From positions 2,412,999 to 2,476,998 of the forward strand of contig CM082596.2 in assembly GCA_040954595.2 (NCBI GenBank): 64,000 bases of DNA, written 5' to 3'. Shown here in pieces: positions 37,101-51,400 of the stretch. The notes below the pieces were generated by a model. The model worked only from the letters and a program-made list of their open reading frames with translations. It had not been told where the DNA came from and made no database searches. The stretch's first letter is position 1, and each line of letters opens with the position of its first letter. This DNA is from Balanoglossus misakiensis (taxonomy: Eukaryota; Animalia; Hemichordata). A program made the position numbers and the translations under genes.

Positions 37101-39214
37101 TTTTTTCAGTGTGAAATACATTCCATCACATACACAGGTCTGTCTACCTGAGCTGTTGGCTTGCAGGGAGTGGTGTGGTTCGCACATGGAAGAAATAAAA
37201 CCACCTCTGACAAACAGGAGGCCATTTCAAGGTGTTTGTTTATTTTGGCCAATTAGTCAATATGTACTCACAAACTGAAGCCACCACAGAACTGTCAACA
37301 ACTAAGGCAGACATGACGAAGCCATTCGGTAGAATTCATTTGTATCTCTGGATGAATCAGACCTGTGTTGAAATTTGGGAGTTGAAATTTGTTTTTATTT
37401 TTTTAAGTCATCATGCTATACGCCCCCGACTTCTGCTGGCATTTCAGCGGGATTATGCAATACTCCGACTGTTTGCTGTAATATGATACGCTTTTCAAAA
37501 AAGAAAGGCCATGCTGGTTCGTATTCGGTCTTAAAATCACGGATGGCGATCGGGTGATCCGCAAAGAGAATTAAACACGGTCTGCGCAAACCTTTGGGTC
37601 ACTGAACCAGACTTGTTCAATTCGACTTGGTCGTAAATCCAAGTTCGCACACTAGCTCCCCTCTCCCCCTCCCCTCTTTTCCAAACTGTTGTTGTTTTTT
37701 TTCATTTGATAGGGACGCTTGGATTGCGGTTAACAAAATCTGGCTTATCTGTGGTTCCGGTTGATAAATTTCTCCCAGGGGGGCAAGACAGGACCACGAC
37801 CAATTGCCATTGTCACAGGCAGTGTCCCATTCATAAAACAAATCACTCCCATCTATCACATGACAATTGCCTCCCCATCCTGATATGCAAATCCTCCTGC
37901 ACTTACTCAATTCTCACGGTAACCTGTGATGGAAATCCGCGAGTACGCTAAAACGTCTCTCCGTCCAACAGTCTGAAAAATGTCCCACAAAAGACCGAGT
38001 GGTACACAAAACAAGCAAAAAAAAAAAAAAGAAAACTGAAAATGCCCCCTATTTTACTCTGAAATGCCCCTATCGAACGGCTCGAACATGGTACAGTCCC
38101 GCTGGTGATGTATTTTGGCGGGAATTTACTCGTAGTTTAGCATACAGGAAGTGGAACGCACTATAGTGGCATGGCACGATAGATGCTGACATGGTATTGT
38201 ATTTCTCACGTACATATCTTTCACTCGCAGCAATCTTGTCCAGTAAACTGTCACATTTGCTCTAGATTTATCAGCAACATTAATCATTATGTGATCTCTT
38301 ATCACCAGGTACGTGCCATTTTCATGGATTATCGAATCAAACCCAGACAAAAAAGCAATACATTAAGACTGTCAATATGTAAACATCAACATGTAAACAA
38401 CTAATCAGTCTCAAGGTGTTTTTATCAGATCTATTTGTTGTTGTTGTTTATTACTATCCAATAGAGAAAAATGTGACAATAATATTTGGACGAAAATGAG
38501 AACTCTGCCTCATAGCTGTGATCAAACAAGCCTAGTTAACATCTGATTTTTTTGGGGTCAATTTATATCAAACTCTATAATTACACAAAATAAATCAATG
38601 ATTGGTCAAGTTCCTTGACGTATCTGATCGATATCGTGTATTGCGTGTTTTTTTTCTACTGTTTCCTGACACACCTTTTAACCCATTTTTACTCAAGTGC
38701 TAATAAATTTCGAGCGGTTTATGAAAACTTTTCCTTAGTGGAAAAGAACGATATCTCAAGAAACGGGACACACCACAGCCACACATACACATGTATAAAG
38801 CAAGCACTGGGGCTCTAGATGACAAGCAAACCCCTTGGGACAGACGTACTCGGACAATTAGCATGTGATTAACATGGCTGCGGTTATAGCCACAAGGCGT
38901 TTGTCTGTACGTCGCAGGGCAATACCTATTTCGAACATTCACACGTACAACCACACTTGTGCAGAGAACTACCCCTTCTACAATACAATAGGCCTTTACA
39001 AGCATACCTCTCTCAATCTCTCCCACTCTATTTGCCCGTTTTTCATTTCCTGACAACAAAAAAGTCAAGGGGAGACCCTTTTATGACGGTGGACTCTGAC
39101 TGGAACTTTGGACGGAAAAAAACAAGCCAATAAATTCTCCAGGTTTAAGTAAATACTATGTAAATCACAGCTACAGAGTAATTTGGTGAGAGAACTTCCA
39201 GCTATTCCAGTGCA

Positions 39215-39420
39215 GAGCAGTACAGTCAAGCTACAGTACAGTACGGTACAGAACAAAACTGACTGTGTTCATACCTAGCAAATGATGACTAACGTCATCC
39301 TATAAAGAACAAGATAGAGCTGAGAGCAGCTAGAACAGAGATGTGGAACAGAATAGAACAAAACGTGACAGAATAGAACAAAACAGAACAGTACACAATA
39401 GAATAGAAAAGGATTAAGAA
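39215..39420. repeat. Degenerate (AGAAC/AGAAT/AGTAC)n pentamer repeat
   Basis: agaatagaacaaaac...agaatagaatagaa, cagtacagtac. Confidence 0.7.
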
Positions 39421-42400
39421 TAAGTATGATGTCAAGTACTTCGTACTTTCCTTACAGATCGAATCAAATCAAATTAAGTGGAGGAAATTAAATTTTACAG
39501 ATACGAGTAATATCAATGGGAAACAGGTAATATAAAATAGTTTGGGTGATATATATTTGGTCAGTATCTGTAACACTGTCCCTGGAAAGAATAACTGGAC
39601 AGGTATTTCCTGATGAAACAGAGCCAGTCATTGTGCACACCTATAATACAGGGGTGATAATAGAGTTCCTTGAATGGCTTTGTAACACAGGGATGGCCAT
39701 GAGTGCAATTGTCTACAAGCTATAATGGGTGTTGCGTAACTTGTCCCAACATGGGATGTTTTTGGTGAGTCCCCCTGAAACTGGGCATGGCAGGGGGATT
39801 TCATCTAGGGGTTGTTAAATCACTTGTTAAAGGCCACAACTAATCAGCTTAGATTCCTGGGTAAACAGGGAGAAGATTACAACTGGACTGGCCAAACAGG
39901 AGCTCTAAACAGGAAAGGCCAAAATTATCTCTCTTGAACAACTATCTGACCACACTGAGTCAGAGATGGACCTGATGACCAATGAGTTTAGTCAGACCAG
40001 CCGATATAAAATATGCGATCAAGATAGTGATCTGAAGTGTTTTGAAGTCCTGGTGCTGGGGTTTAATTTTTTATGGACGTTAATACTTTGCATACTGTTT
40101 TTTCACTCATACTTGACGTCAAGAGACTTTGTCGGAGATCGGTTCAGGATACCCTGTGTGTTTTTAGGTCAGACGTGATTTGCAATTAGTTGGATTTTCG
40201 CTGTGATTTGTTACTGGTGCCTTTAGAGATGTCCAACAATGGGACGGGGCTCTTGGTTGTCGCCTGGCAACACGTGCACACACCTGGGCTTCACCTTTCA
40301 GAGTGTCACCTCAAGAGGGCTCCCAACAGGGAGTACACCTCAGGCTGAAGTCTTGCTTGGGTGTTGCATGTATTTACTGTATAGTGTGGTTGGTCACTCG
40401 GCAGATTACCGAGGCTCAGGTGACAAGAAAAACAGCCGTAAACATGTAAAGCCCTTCATGCATTGCAGAATTTCTGTTCGGCCTAACACCTTTAGGGCAA
40501 GTTCGATGATGGACGGTCACACGAATTGTGTGCAAATGCCCAATACACCAAAATGGACACAAACATATTGCAAATGCCATATAGCTGCCAAAATGTGGCG
40601 CAACATTTTTATCGTTTGGACACATTTTTCTCTATTATTTCCATTTATCCCGAACAGTCTGTCATCATTGGCTGAGCTCAGGGGACGAATTGCAGTACCA
40701 CAGATTCTCTGCGGCGGCACTAGTATAACCTCTAAAGTGGGTCAGCTAGGTTATCTTATCTGTTCTGTGGCGACAGAGAAAAATTACACCGTTGTAGTGG
40801 CATGGAAAGGACAGAGGTTATTTGCCATCAGAGTACATATTTTTCATTATATATGACAGCAATAATCATAGTTTGGGCAATAAATTCTATATTCATACTT
40901 TACAGAGGTATTTTTATGGGGCAGTGATCCTAACACGTTCTTGTGTGTCAATATAGGCAACTTTAGTCAATTTGACAAATAACCCCTTATATGGTGGTGA
41001 CATGTGATTTGAAAATCTTATCATTTTTCCATGCTTTATTTTTCTGACTCTTGTCTTCCTGATGTCACTTGTTACGTAAATTATTTATTGTGTACTTTCG
41101 ATTTGATCAGTCTTTTCCCCAAACAAGGCATGGACACTATTGATAACGCCATTGACAATACTTCTCACTTCAAAATGCCCAATAAAAGAGATTACTTTTG
41201 ATTTGTTCAGGTCATAGAATGAAGCAGAATATGAATCTTTATTTGGTGGGAAATTATTGTCCAACAACCCTGTCTGTTTCTGGACGAGAGATTTCTTTCT
41301 GTGTAACGTCTAACTGCCCGGTGGCCCTAGGTTCAAACATTACCACAGTACCCGTTGCAATGGATTGGCTGAGCCAGAACCTACAGGAAGAGTTTTATCC
41401 CCTCTGGTACTGCCCTCAATACACAACACTGATGAATTGCAAGATGCAGGGTCAACAAAACTCCTCACCATCAACTATTCAGAGGTGACGGGAGAGGAGG
41501 AAACGCCACAAAGAGACTGAACACAAACACCATTCCCAACTGGCCGCACTGACGCACACACCATACAAAGTCTCATGGCCAGTAGACCATTAGGACAATT
41601 CAAAATGGCTCCCAGCTAATTTACACTCGGAGCCTGCCAGGTTTACTGACCCATAAAAGTTTGACAGAAAGACACTGTTTGCCCAATCGATCCACAGGTA
41701 TTTGCCCCTGTGACCACTCTTTACCACCTGTTTGCGTAAGGTTCTGTTTTCTATGAAGGGCTGCGTGAACTAGATTAAAGGGACAGTGTCACTATCCTAT
41801 GCATTAAAGGGACAGTCACTATCTTTTAATAATTACTTTATATCCATTCAATTGAAGTACCTTGCTTAACCATGGTCTACAAAACAACAGCCAAGATTCC
41901 CCCACCACAATGACACCAAATACCAAATATATTTGCAAACATATTCATACCACGACTAAAACCTTTTCTAATCTGGAACCTTGCCTATACTGAATGCCTT
42001 GCTAGGGTTTTTATGGTGAACTTTGCCTAGAGCCACTCCAAGTGCATCATGGGACATCCAGCACCTTCAAGAGACTTCTACTTCCCTTCATTCAAATGTT
42101 GATCACATTTTGTAAAGCGATCCTTGGGCAAGTCCAGCTGGCAGAGTTTCATGATGATAACTTTTATAGTTTTGTATTTCATAACAACACAGCGTAGACT
42201 GGAAAAGCCATTGTTCTCACGATATAATGGCAAAATTGAGACCCACAGAAATGTTTAAAATTACATTAGCAAATCTCTCGGGCATTGGAAATATTTTCAC
42301 TTCAAACAAAGTATTATCTTCTGTACATGTGTTGTGCTTTCTCACCACTTGATTTCTACAACCAAACACAGAAAACCTGCAGCAATCATGACCAACTTAT

Positions 42401-45400
42401 TTTTACAACCAAACTCAAAAATGCTGCAAAAACATTTTCCCATGTGATAAAGCATGATTTTCTTCCCTATACGTGTTGTCAAGGACATTTCTATGTATAT
42501 ATCCTTCATCTCTAACAGTCTACATTTCAACAACTGACCATAATAACATCTAATTTGGCAATGTCCATTTGTGACAACTCAGGTATGATAGTTCTACCTG
42601 AGTACACTGCACTCCATCATGGGACACGACACTCCAAATTCTCTCCAGGCAAAACCAAATCCATCAAATCTTTAACACAGCCCAGCCTGCCTTTATCCAC
42701 TATCAGACACATTTATCTTTCATTTCTTCAAATATCAGATATCAGAAATTTTGCAATGCTATCCACATCATGACTTTGTCAGTCCTATTCAAACAGATCC
42801 TGTTACCGGCATAACAAAAGCCAGTCTGCCCTTAAAAAATTTCACTTTCATCTTTCTATGACTCTACTTTCTGTCTGGAAACACAAATATACACAAGCTC
42901 CCTGGCAAGGCTCCAGTAGACCACTTCCCTTTCGAGACAGGACTTTTTAGTGTGTGTTTTAGCAGAGGTCAATGCCTCCTAGCTAGTCGACAGTTCACTT
43001 CAGAGGTCATATTTTTGTTCACGGCGCATGGAAAGGCGATAAGCGTATACCACTTTACGTAAGAGTTTCCCTTGTTGGCGATTCAGGGCCGTCCAACTGA
43101 CAGTCACACAACTTGTCACTTCCTCAGAATTTGTCATTCAAATATTTCATTTCTGGGTTTATTGTCAAATTCATGAAACAAACAGAAGTGTCAAGATGTT
43201 TATGCGATAGACAGCAGTTTATAAGATATGAAGCAGAAGGCTGCAGACAGCGATGGTCCAATGTTATCATTGTAGCAGAAAATTAAACTGTAGAGTATAT
43301 GAAACACAGAAGAAATGCAATACTTGCAGCCTGCCCGCAAACAATGGTGTCTATATACTTACAAAAGTCTGTGACCCTTCAAAAACTTCTGTATCTCAAA
43401 GCAACCAAAACTCTTGCCAAAATATGTCCAGATCTTTCCAAAACATCAATTTACTTCGGTATGGGGTCACTGATTTTGTTTAATTCTTTGGAAATGTTTG
43501 CGGCGTGTGTTTGATACACGTGTGCTTTCAGGCAGGAAGCAGTCATCATTTTTCAAGGTAGGTCTCTGAAAAATGTCACAAGCTGTCGTAGAAAAGATAA
43601 GACTTCTGCTCTAATTAGCAGTGAAATCAGCGACCCATTTGAAGATAAATTGCGCAGTCAATGAGCAAAGTAGACATATTTCTGCTTTTCTCAGGTGAAT
43701 TCTGCTGCAAATACAATTTGTTTACTGTGTAACAACTGTGCAAGGGCATTTACCCCTAGGTGTTACATTTTGCAGTCACCTTCTAGTGTACGACAAAAAC
43801 CAACCGACTGGCAACACTTTTTTGTTCAAACTACAACCCAACTGGAGAAGTTTATCCAATGATGAAACATACCGTACTGAGTGTTGTTAGTTGTAACTGG
43901 TCTCAGACAGAAGCCCTAAATTAGGTAACTCGAAACTCTTTATCCCCCCAGCTTTTAAAAACATCAATTATCACCATGACAACAGCGAGACCTCTGCCGG
44001 AAGGGGACCACAGATTTTGCGAGCTCCTGTCAATTTCAATCTTGACTCTCCTTTGATGATGAACTTGAATTTCAGAGGTCAGCACGACCTGTAAACAGCT
44101 AAAATAAATATTAATATTCGTTGACAGATGAGGTGAATTCTTGGTGAGTCATTATTGTCAGCTGTCAAAACATATCTATGATGTGCAATTGTTTTCATAA
44201 CAGGAACCCCCTTATTATGACTGATTCATAACTTTCACTTCAAAGATGGTTGTCATACTCAGGACATGAACCATGGATATGTCTGTAACTGCATAGAACA
44301 GCACAGTGCCATCCAGAAAAGTTTGTTTACAAGCGAGCGGCAGCGCATTTGATAACAATACCGTGTTTACATCAGCGCTGGTAATAACTCGTATCTCCTC
44401 ATGAGACTTCACTTTTGGATCACTATCTCTTTGTTTGTTGCTAATTTTAGAAAGGAATGCACCAGACAGGTCTGGATCTTTCCGATAAAATCTCTCGTTA
44501 ATGACAAACAGTAAATTTGCTCTGGCTGTGTTCAAAACAAAAGTTTAAAACATAGAAAATAGTCATCCCAACTCTTTGGCGGGCAGCCTTACCATATGCA
44601 ATATGTCATATCTGACTGACAAGTGGAAATTTCCAGACCACTGATACTATGACACTCACGGTCTAAAATAATTGAGGCAAAAGTGAAAATACTTACACCC
44701 ACACATTTTTGGCGGGAAAGTGTCTGTGGTCACGCGGACATGTTGCATATCTGGAGGGGGCGACTACAGGGATAATTCAAACCACTGATACCCTGGGGTC
44801 AAAGGCGACACGGATGGTAGCGTTCTTCAGCCCTTACGCGCTTCATGTAAACACGAGAAGTATTTCACCGTCAGCTACCACCAAATATCCTGAATGGATT
44901 TCTCATCAAATGAAGTAATAATATTTTTGACCTCCCTGGGCTGTGCGGTTGCTGCGTGGGCACCTGCGAATTAAAAGCGGGCAGATTTCGAGCCGACGTT
45001 CTCCCACGCAGTCTGCGAAAAGTTTCGAGTCTGGACAAACCAGTTCCTCCCCTCCTCGCAGCTGCTAATAAAGCAAGATTGCCGTAAAATTCGAATGATC
45101 TAATACAGATTCATTAGTGAAAGAAGTCAGCATGCTTGGTATGTCGGTGTCTTGAATCTCAAGTCAAGTTGAATTAATGACTTCAATGCTTGCTTATACT
45201 CATCTATCATACAGCTTTCACTTTCTCTAACATTTACACCAACAGCCAATAATTGCTAATTGTGACTGAAATAACATCATCAGATACTGTTGCCTTGATT
45301 AGAAAGATAATGTGAAGGTTGAATCAGTCTTTTTGAGGGTGTTGAACAATAAAACGAAGTTGCTATGCAGATCCAAACAGTAAATGATCATCAAAAATTA

Positions 45401-48400
45401 CAACCACTGTCCCTTTAATGAAACCAAGAAAAGCTAAGTCTAAATTCCGTAAACTCAAGTACATCTGACTTCACAGAGTTCAAAAACACATGACTAGATT
45501 CTAGACTATTCGAGGGGAGATCAGATTCAATGTGTCAGCCACAAAAAAGTGATAGAATTTCCACGGGGACCAAGATTTGTGGATGACAGACATATTTCTC
45601 AAGTGTAAGAGACTGTTTGGAATGGTGATTTAAGAGTCCGCCGCAAGACTTGACCTGTGATTAGAATGTCAATTTATCCAGAACAACACCGTGACTTCCC
45701 AGGACCGAGATGTCAAATACCGGAATAACATGTGAAGTTCGAGGAAACAATGACATCAGGGTTATATGCTGCGCTTCGAACTTGCACATGCAGTTGCAAC
45801 CTAGTTTTATATATGGAAAACAGACTTGTATGACCGCCAGATTGAAATAACTGACTCAATATTGGCCAAAACTCCTCCAGAGTTGACAAGACCATAGTCA
45901 CAGATGTCAATCTGAACTATGGGGGCTGAAAGAAAGCTACAACCCTGATTAAATCTTAGTAATGCGAACAACACTGCATGTATGTGACCCAGGCCGCAGT
46001 GTGCCCATTCCGTGTGGATATTGGAGCTGAACTTCCAATGAAATCCGCTCACCTACATGTCAGACTGCACACACTCAAACAAACAAGAAGTACAATGACA
46101 CTATCAAACTGAACACTTCAGTCTGTTTCATATCGAAACATGACATGTTCAATAGTGGACAAGTCCTCCTGTTGCGTTCGATGTGTATAAAATTCTAGAA
46201 ACAGATTCCCAAGTTCCCCACTTACATCTTTCTGGACTTTACGTCAAGAAAAACAAATAAACTGAATAACAGCAACAAATCGGGACTTGGACTGTTTTCA
46301 CAACGTGTATTAACCTCTCTCATACTTGGATCGTGTTTATGCTTTGAAATGCAATATGAGACAGTATATGCTTGGGAACATCTACGAGTTATGAAAACAG
46401 ACAGGAGCATTTCACATGTCCAGTTGGCAAATACATCCACAGGTTTCAATTGAAGTTTTCCATGAACAATTGTATTGGGATGACCATTTTATACTGGCAG
46501 TAAATCCTACACATCAACACATTTCCATGCAGTGCTAAAAGTGTTAAAATGCTGATCCATTGTCGATTTACAGCACTGTCAAGATTTTGCTCCCACAACA
46601 ATGGTTATTTTCAAACTTGGTGACAATTTGTGGGCCGGAAAAACCTTTTCATTCATGTTCATTACAAAAGTCACTTTTTCTGTATCTTTAAGACTGAAAC
46701 AGGTGTGCTGTATCAGTGCATGCATCAAAATGTTGGGCATTATTCTGATTCACAAAGCAAACCTGCCTTGCAATTCGGGCTCTGTGAAACTTTAGAAGCA
46801 TCCTGGTTTTACAGAGCCCAATCGCATCCACTATCACGCGATACGTTCTACACAAAGTTTGAAATGAAAGCCAGTTTTCTGAAGTATCATGGATAGCAAA
46901 CTGCATGTAACTGAAGAATCAGACTACACTGACTCGAAGGAACAACAACAAACATCAGAGAATTCCCCACCACACCACCACGGGCGTTAACGACCTCACA
47001 ACTTTCTGCCGTTCAGATTTTCCCCCCGCTCCAGATGAAAAGCTGAGGCACACAGGGTAAGGCGGTAACAGAGGCGGCCGCGAGCGAGAAGACGACAAGC
47101 TGCGATTTCACTGTAACCATATGTGCAAGAAGGCCTGCCTGGAAATGGGTCAGCCGTTTCACATGCTCTCTTTGACAGCGGGCCAACAACATATACATGC
47201 GGATAGAATTACAGTCCTTCCCAGCCTGGGCCAACCGGCCGGCTGCCTCAACAATGCCCGACTTTCCTACCCTGCCCCCAAGCACATGGCTATCAGCTAT
47301 CAGCTTCAACAAGTTTCCGTGGTAATCTAATAAACCCCACGTCCGATTCCCTATCCTGCTCCAGTGTCCAAACTTCCGGGATGGCTTTCCCAGAAACACC
47401 GCTGTTTTCCCATGATAAGGCAATCCCCATCAATCCCTGTTGCATAATCCCGCAACAAATCTAGCTCACACATCCTTTATCTTGTCTAAACACTGCAAAT
47501 CCAGTATTGTGGTTTACCAAGAGATTATTCCCACATCCAGTTTATTTGTCACACCTTCTTAACAACTCAAGCAAACAAAGGCAAACCTAATTCCCAACTA
47601 ATTGACACATCTTAAGTCAACTGTTTTTAATTAACACATATTTGTTATCTCTCTATTGGGTGTAATTAAATAACTCATTAACAACTGATACAAGTCATTA
47701 CAAAGTTTTGATTTATACACATCAAATGTTTAAAAGAATTCCCTTGGCTATTATCTGCATATATAGTCAACTTTTATTTTCATACCACATACTCTAATTG
47801 TGTTTGGATAATTGTGATTTAGACATTTCAGTTCCACATGTTTTGTAACTGACCCAGTGGTGTGGTTTACAATCCTGGAAGCATTTGGTAGTACAGAATT
47901 TGAACAGAATATGCTTAAATTTGTATGCGAAATGTCAATTATCATGGAGATTTCTGTGGTAGAGTCCTGGCCCCCTGACTGAATCAAGGACCATCAGGGA
48001 TTGGGTTTCTTTCGGAACTTCACACAGACCACCAACAACACCAAGCTCCCTAGTCAGTACTTCTCCCCAGTAATCAATCACAGCTTTTTAAACCAATAAC
48101 CATGTGTTCCCCTCTACCAAGGAGGTTTTACAGCTACTTGAAGAAATTCCCACACAACAGTTTCAAGATAGAGTTTCACCTGTTTCCCAATGTTACTGTC
48201 AAGAACTGGTCACTCCTATTTTTATCAATACATTTTTGTTATTCCATATTTTCTTGCAAAAGATGGAAAATGGAAAACCCAAGGATGCTGTGTTGTATTT
48301 ATTTGGCCACCCCATTAAATACGTCAGTATGCTTTTTCGGAAAACAGTATAACACTCAGCATGTCTGTGTATATGACTTACAAACCACTGTAATGTTTAC

Positions 48401-51400
48401 GCACAACCCGCACAAAACTCACGCACACACGCGATAGTTGTCAGAATAGTTGCCACTGTACTGCACGGACTTTCCAGTAGTCATCAACAGGAGTCGAAGA
48501 GTCGGAAGGATTACACTCCCGAGTCACTCTCCCATAAATCATCAACTTCGCCCGGTCAAAGGATCATGCTGTTTATTTGTGCACCCTTCCCAGCATCCAC
48601 TGAGGATGAGAAAATCCCGACACAGGCGTAGACCCATCCACATGTAAGAGAAGTATACACGCCACTGTTTTCAACTAACTGCATGCCAACTTCAATTTTA
48701 GTGGATACTTGTCAATTTATCTATCAGGTTTCAAGAACCGAATTCCTTCACTCCTCCCACACAGAATATAGTATCTAGCGCAGTTAACAAAAGTTCTGAT
48801 TGCCGGTCGTTTTACGCATGACCTGATCAACTGGTGTGAGAGTTATCATTTAAAGGCAGATAACAGTTATAGGCTGAGACCACTACCTCCACAGACACAT
48901 GGACACATTTTTCGGTTTGTGAAACGAAGTGACAAACTGTCAGGAAATTTCTGTTTGAGTCAGGTAGTAGCTATTTGTAAAATCTGGACTGCTCTTGCGT
49001 CACTGAAAGATTCCTTCGCGTCATATACAATGAATGATGGATTGATCAGAAAGTCTGAATTCAAACACATCCCATTGCATGATGGGATTCCAACTATACT
49101 GCTGTCATTACAAACAACCAATCATGTTCAAGCAACGAAGAGGGAAGTTTATTCCACTGACCAATCAGCAAGAACATTCAGTTTTTGTAATGACAATAGT
49201 ATAGATTTCACACCACAGAATAGTTTTGATCCATAAGTGTTCACAACGAAGGTTGATGAACACAGTGTCTAAGCCATGTGGAAGTGAATAGTATTTGAAG
49301 CATATTGTGTTCATGAAATTAATTCAATTAGTTCCAGTAGGATTGGCAAGCTTTTTATGTTACCATTTACAGAGCCTTATTACGGGCATGAAACCTAAAC
49401 ATTTCCCTTTTATTTATATTACCGGGGCTCTATACAAGCCGACACTCAAATTGTCACGGATTTGAGACTTACCAGAGAGTGAGATGAGATTGTATTGGAT
49501 TTGACCCTCGCACTCAATGTATTTCGCATCTCAGTGCAACTGGTAGGGAATCTGGTGACCCTCGGTGTCACTCTGAACTTTGATTGCACCCAACAGTGGC
49601 ACTGCACCATTGCTGTGAAGGACCATGGACTCTGCCACTGCAAGCGAAAAACAACAAATACTAATCATCACATGGTAATAGCTGGAGATTTCTCCAATAG
49701 CAGTTCCCATGTGTGACTCAACTCATTGTGATGAAAACAGTTTTGCCACAACTTTGATTGAGGACAAAAGAGACGATTAAACTTTCACTGAGAAATTTTC
49801 ATCTATACTTCAGATACTGGTATGGTACATTGAACTTCGAAGTTTGGGACCCTTTCTAAACTTTATCAACAGTGAATAACAAATAATAACATTCTCCATG
49901 CATGTGCTCAAAATAATCAATATGCCCATTACATTTCCTGTACTTGTGTGCAGCTATCCCATCACACAAGTATTTATGTGTCCATAAACTTGTTGATTTC
50001 GCAGCAACTGTTTATAATAACTGTAATTTATTGTCACTGATAGTCAAAACACAACCCCCGAAAAACATCTCTTGGTATTTCTGTGTCTATTTATAAATGC
50101 AAGGAATGTCGCATTTTTAAAAGGGAAGACACGAAAAAATGATTAACTTTGATCTTCAAATCAAGATTTGTACCAAAATCTGACAGCATTCTTGCATAAA
50201 TAATTTAAAGAATCCATGCTTATCAAAATCACATGGTGTTAGGTCACCCAATCAAAGTCCCTCAATCATGTGATCAAAGATAACGCAAATTGGCCATTGT
50301 CTAGAATTGGACATTGTACAAAACCAAGCACTCCATCCCCTAAACGGGTCCATTCATACAACCAGGATGACTTAGTTGTATAGATATGCTCAAGGCAGTG
50401 CTTATGAATGTACCAGAGGTTCTGATTCGCTGTTGGATGAAAGTAATGCACATATTGGCCAATCATTACGCATAGACTTTAAACGGGAAAAGTCAAAGCA
50501 ACTTTTTATGAAGTTTTGGGTACACTTGTTTTGTTAGTAAATTTATTGAAAAAGTACAAGTACTTTAAACTTTACAAACTCCCCCATAGCAACAGTCTCT
50601 GTTACCATAACAATGACCACAATAAAAATATCCATCGGATGGAAACGAAAGTGTCGTCTGGTGCCTGGATATGACTCAGCCAAGTATACCCTGGTGTAGC
50701 GTGTCTGCGGAGTGAGGTTATTTCTAAAAAAATTGTTTCCGTTGTGAAACCTACTTCGTGTTGCTTGACCGATGCACAAGACATATAAATTGTTATTGAG
50801 AAATTCTGCCCGAAAGAAATGACAACCGATACGACCATTAAAACTGGATAATTTGAGCTGGGTCTGGACGTAAAAGCATAGAGTAATGAAATACTGCAAC
50901 TTTTATTTTTTTGGCACAAAATAAATAACAACATGCGAAAGGCTGGTGCACATTACAGAGATGCAAACACCGCAAAATGTACAGATTTTAATGTCTTATG
51001 CTGGTCCAATTAAACTTACTACCAACGGGAAGAAGGTATTGACCTGCTCTTTGCCCTTTCTGCAAATGGAACGATTAGAGCTACTGCACAACCTTCTACA
51101 ATGTGGAAATGATTGCGGCGGGGGAAAATACAACCAGAGGTTATGACCTTCCCCAGCGCGCTCAGAAAGTTCGGGCAGCGTACGAAACAGGGTGTACGGT
51201 TAAAACTCGCAGAGTAAGAATTGGAGGTAATTTCACGAAACATAAACAGTGCTTGAATTACTGCACCAACCCCACTATCATCTGTTTGTAATGTTTACTT
51301 CTGAGGGGCCCAGTGGCATAGATTCGAGCCGTCTCCCACCGAGCCGAAAACTGAATCAGGCTCTGGTTACACCGATTACGATCGATTGCGATCACTCGGA

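Noticed and set aside
40239-40856. 205-aa ATG ORF in the non-coding interval
   Set aside because: No domain, no coding-like bias, atypical Cys/His/Trp content; probably chance, though not excluded without transcript data
47013-47423. 136-aa minus-strand ORF in a GC-rich patch
   Set aside because: No recognisable motif or convincing splice boundaries; more likely regulatory sequence
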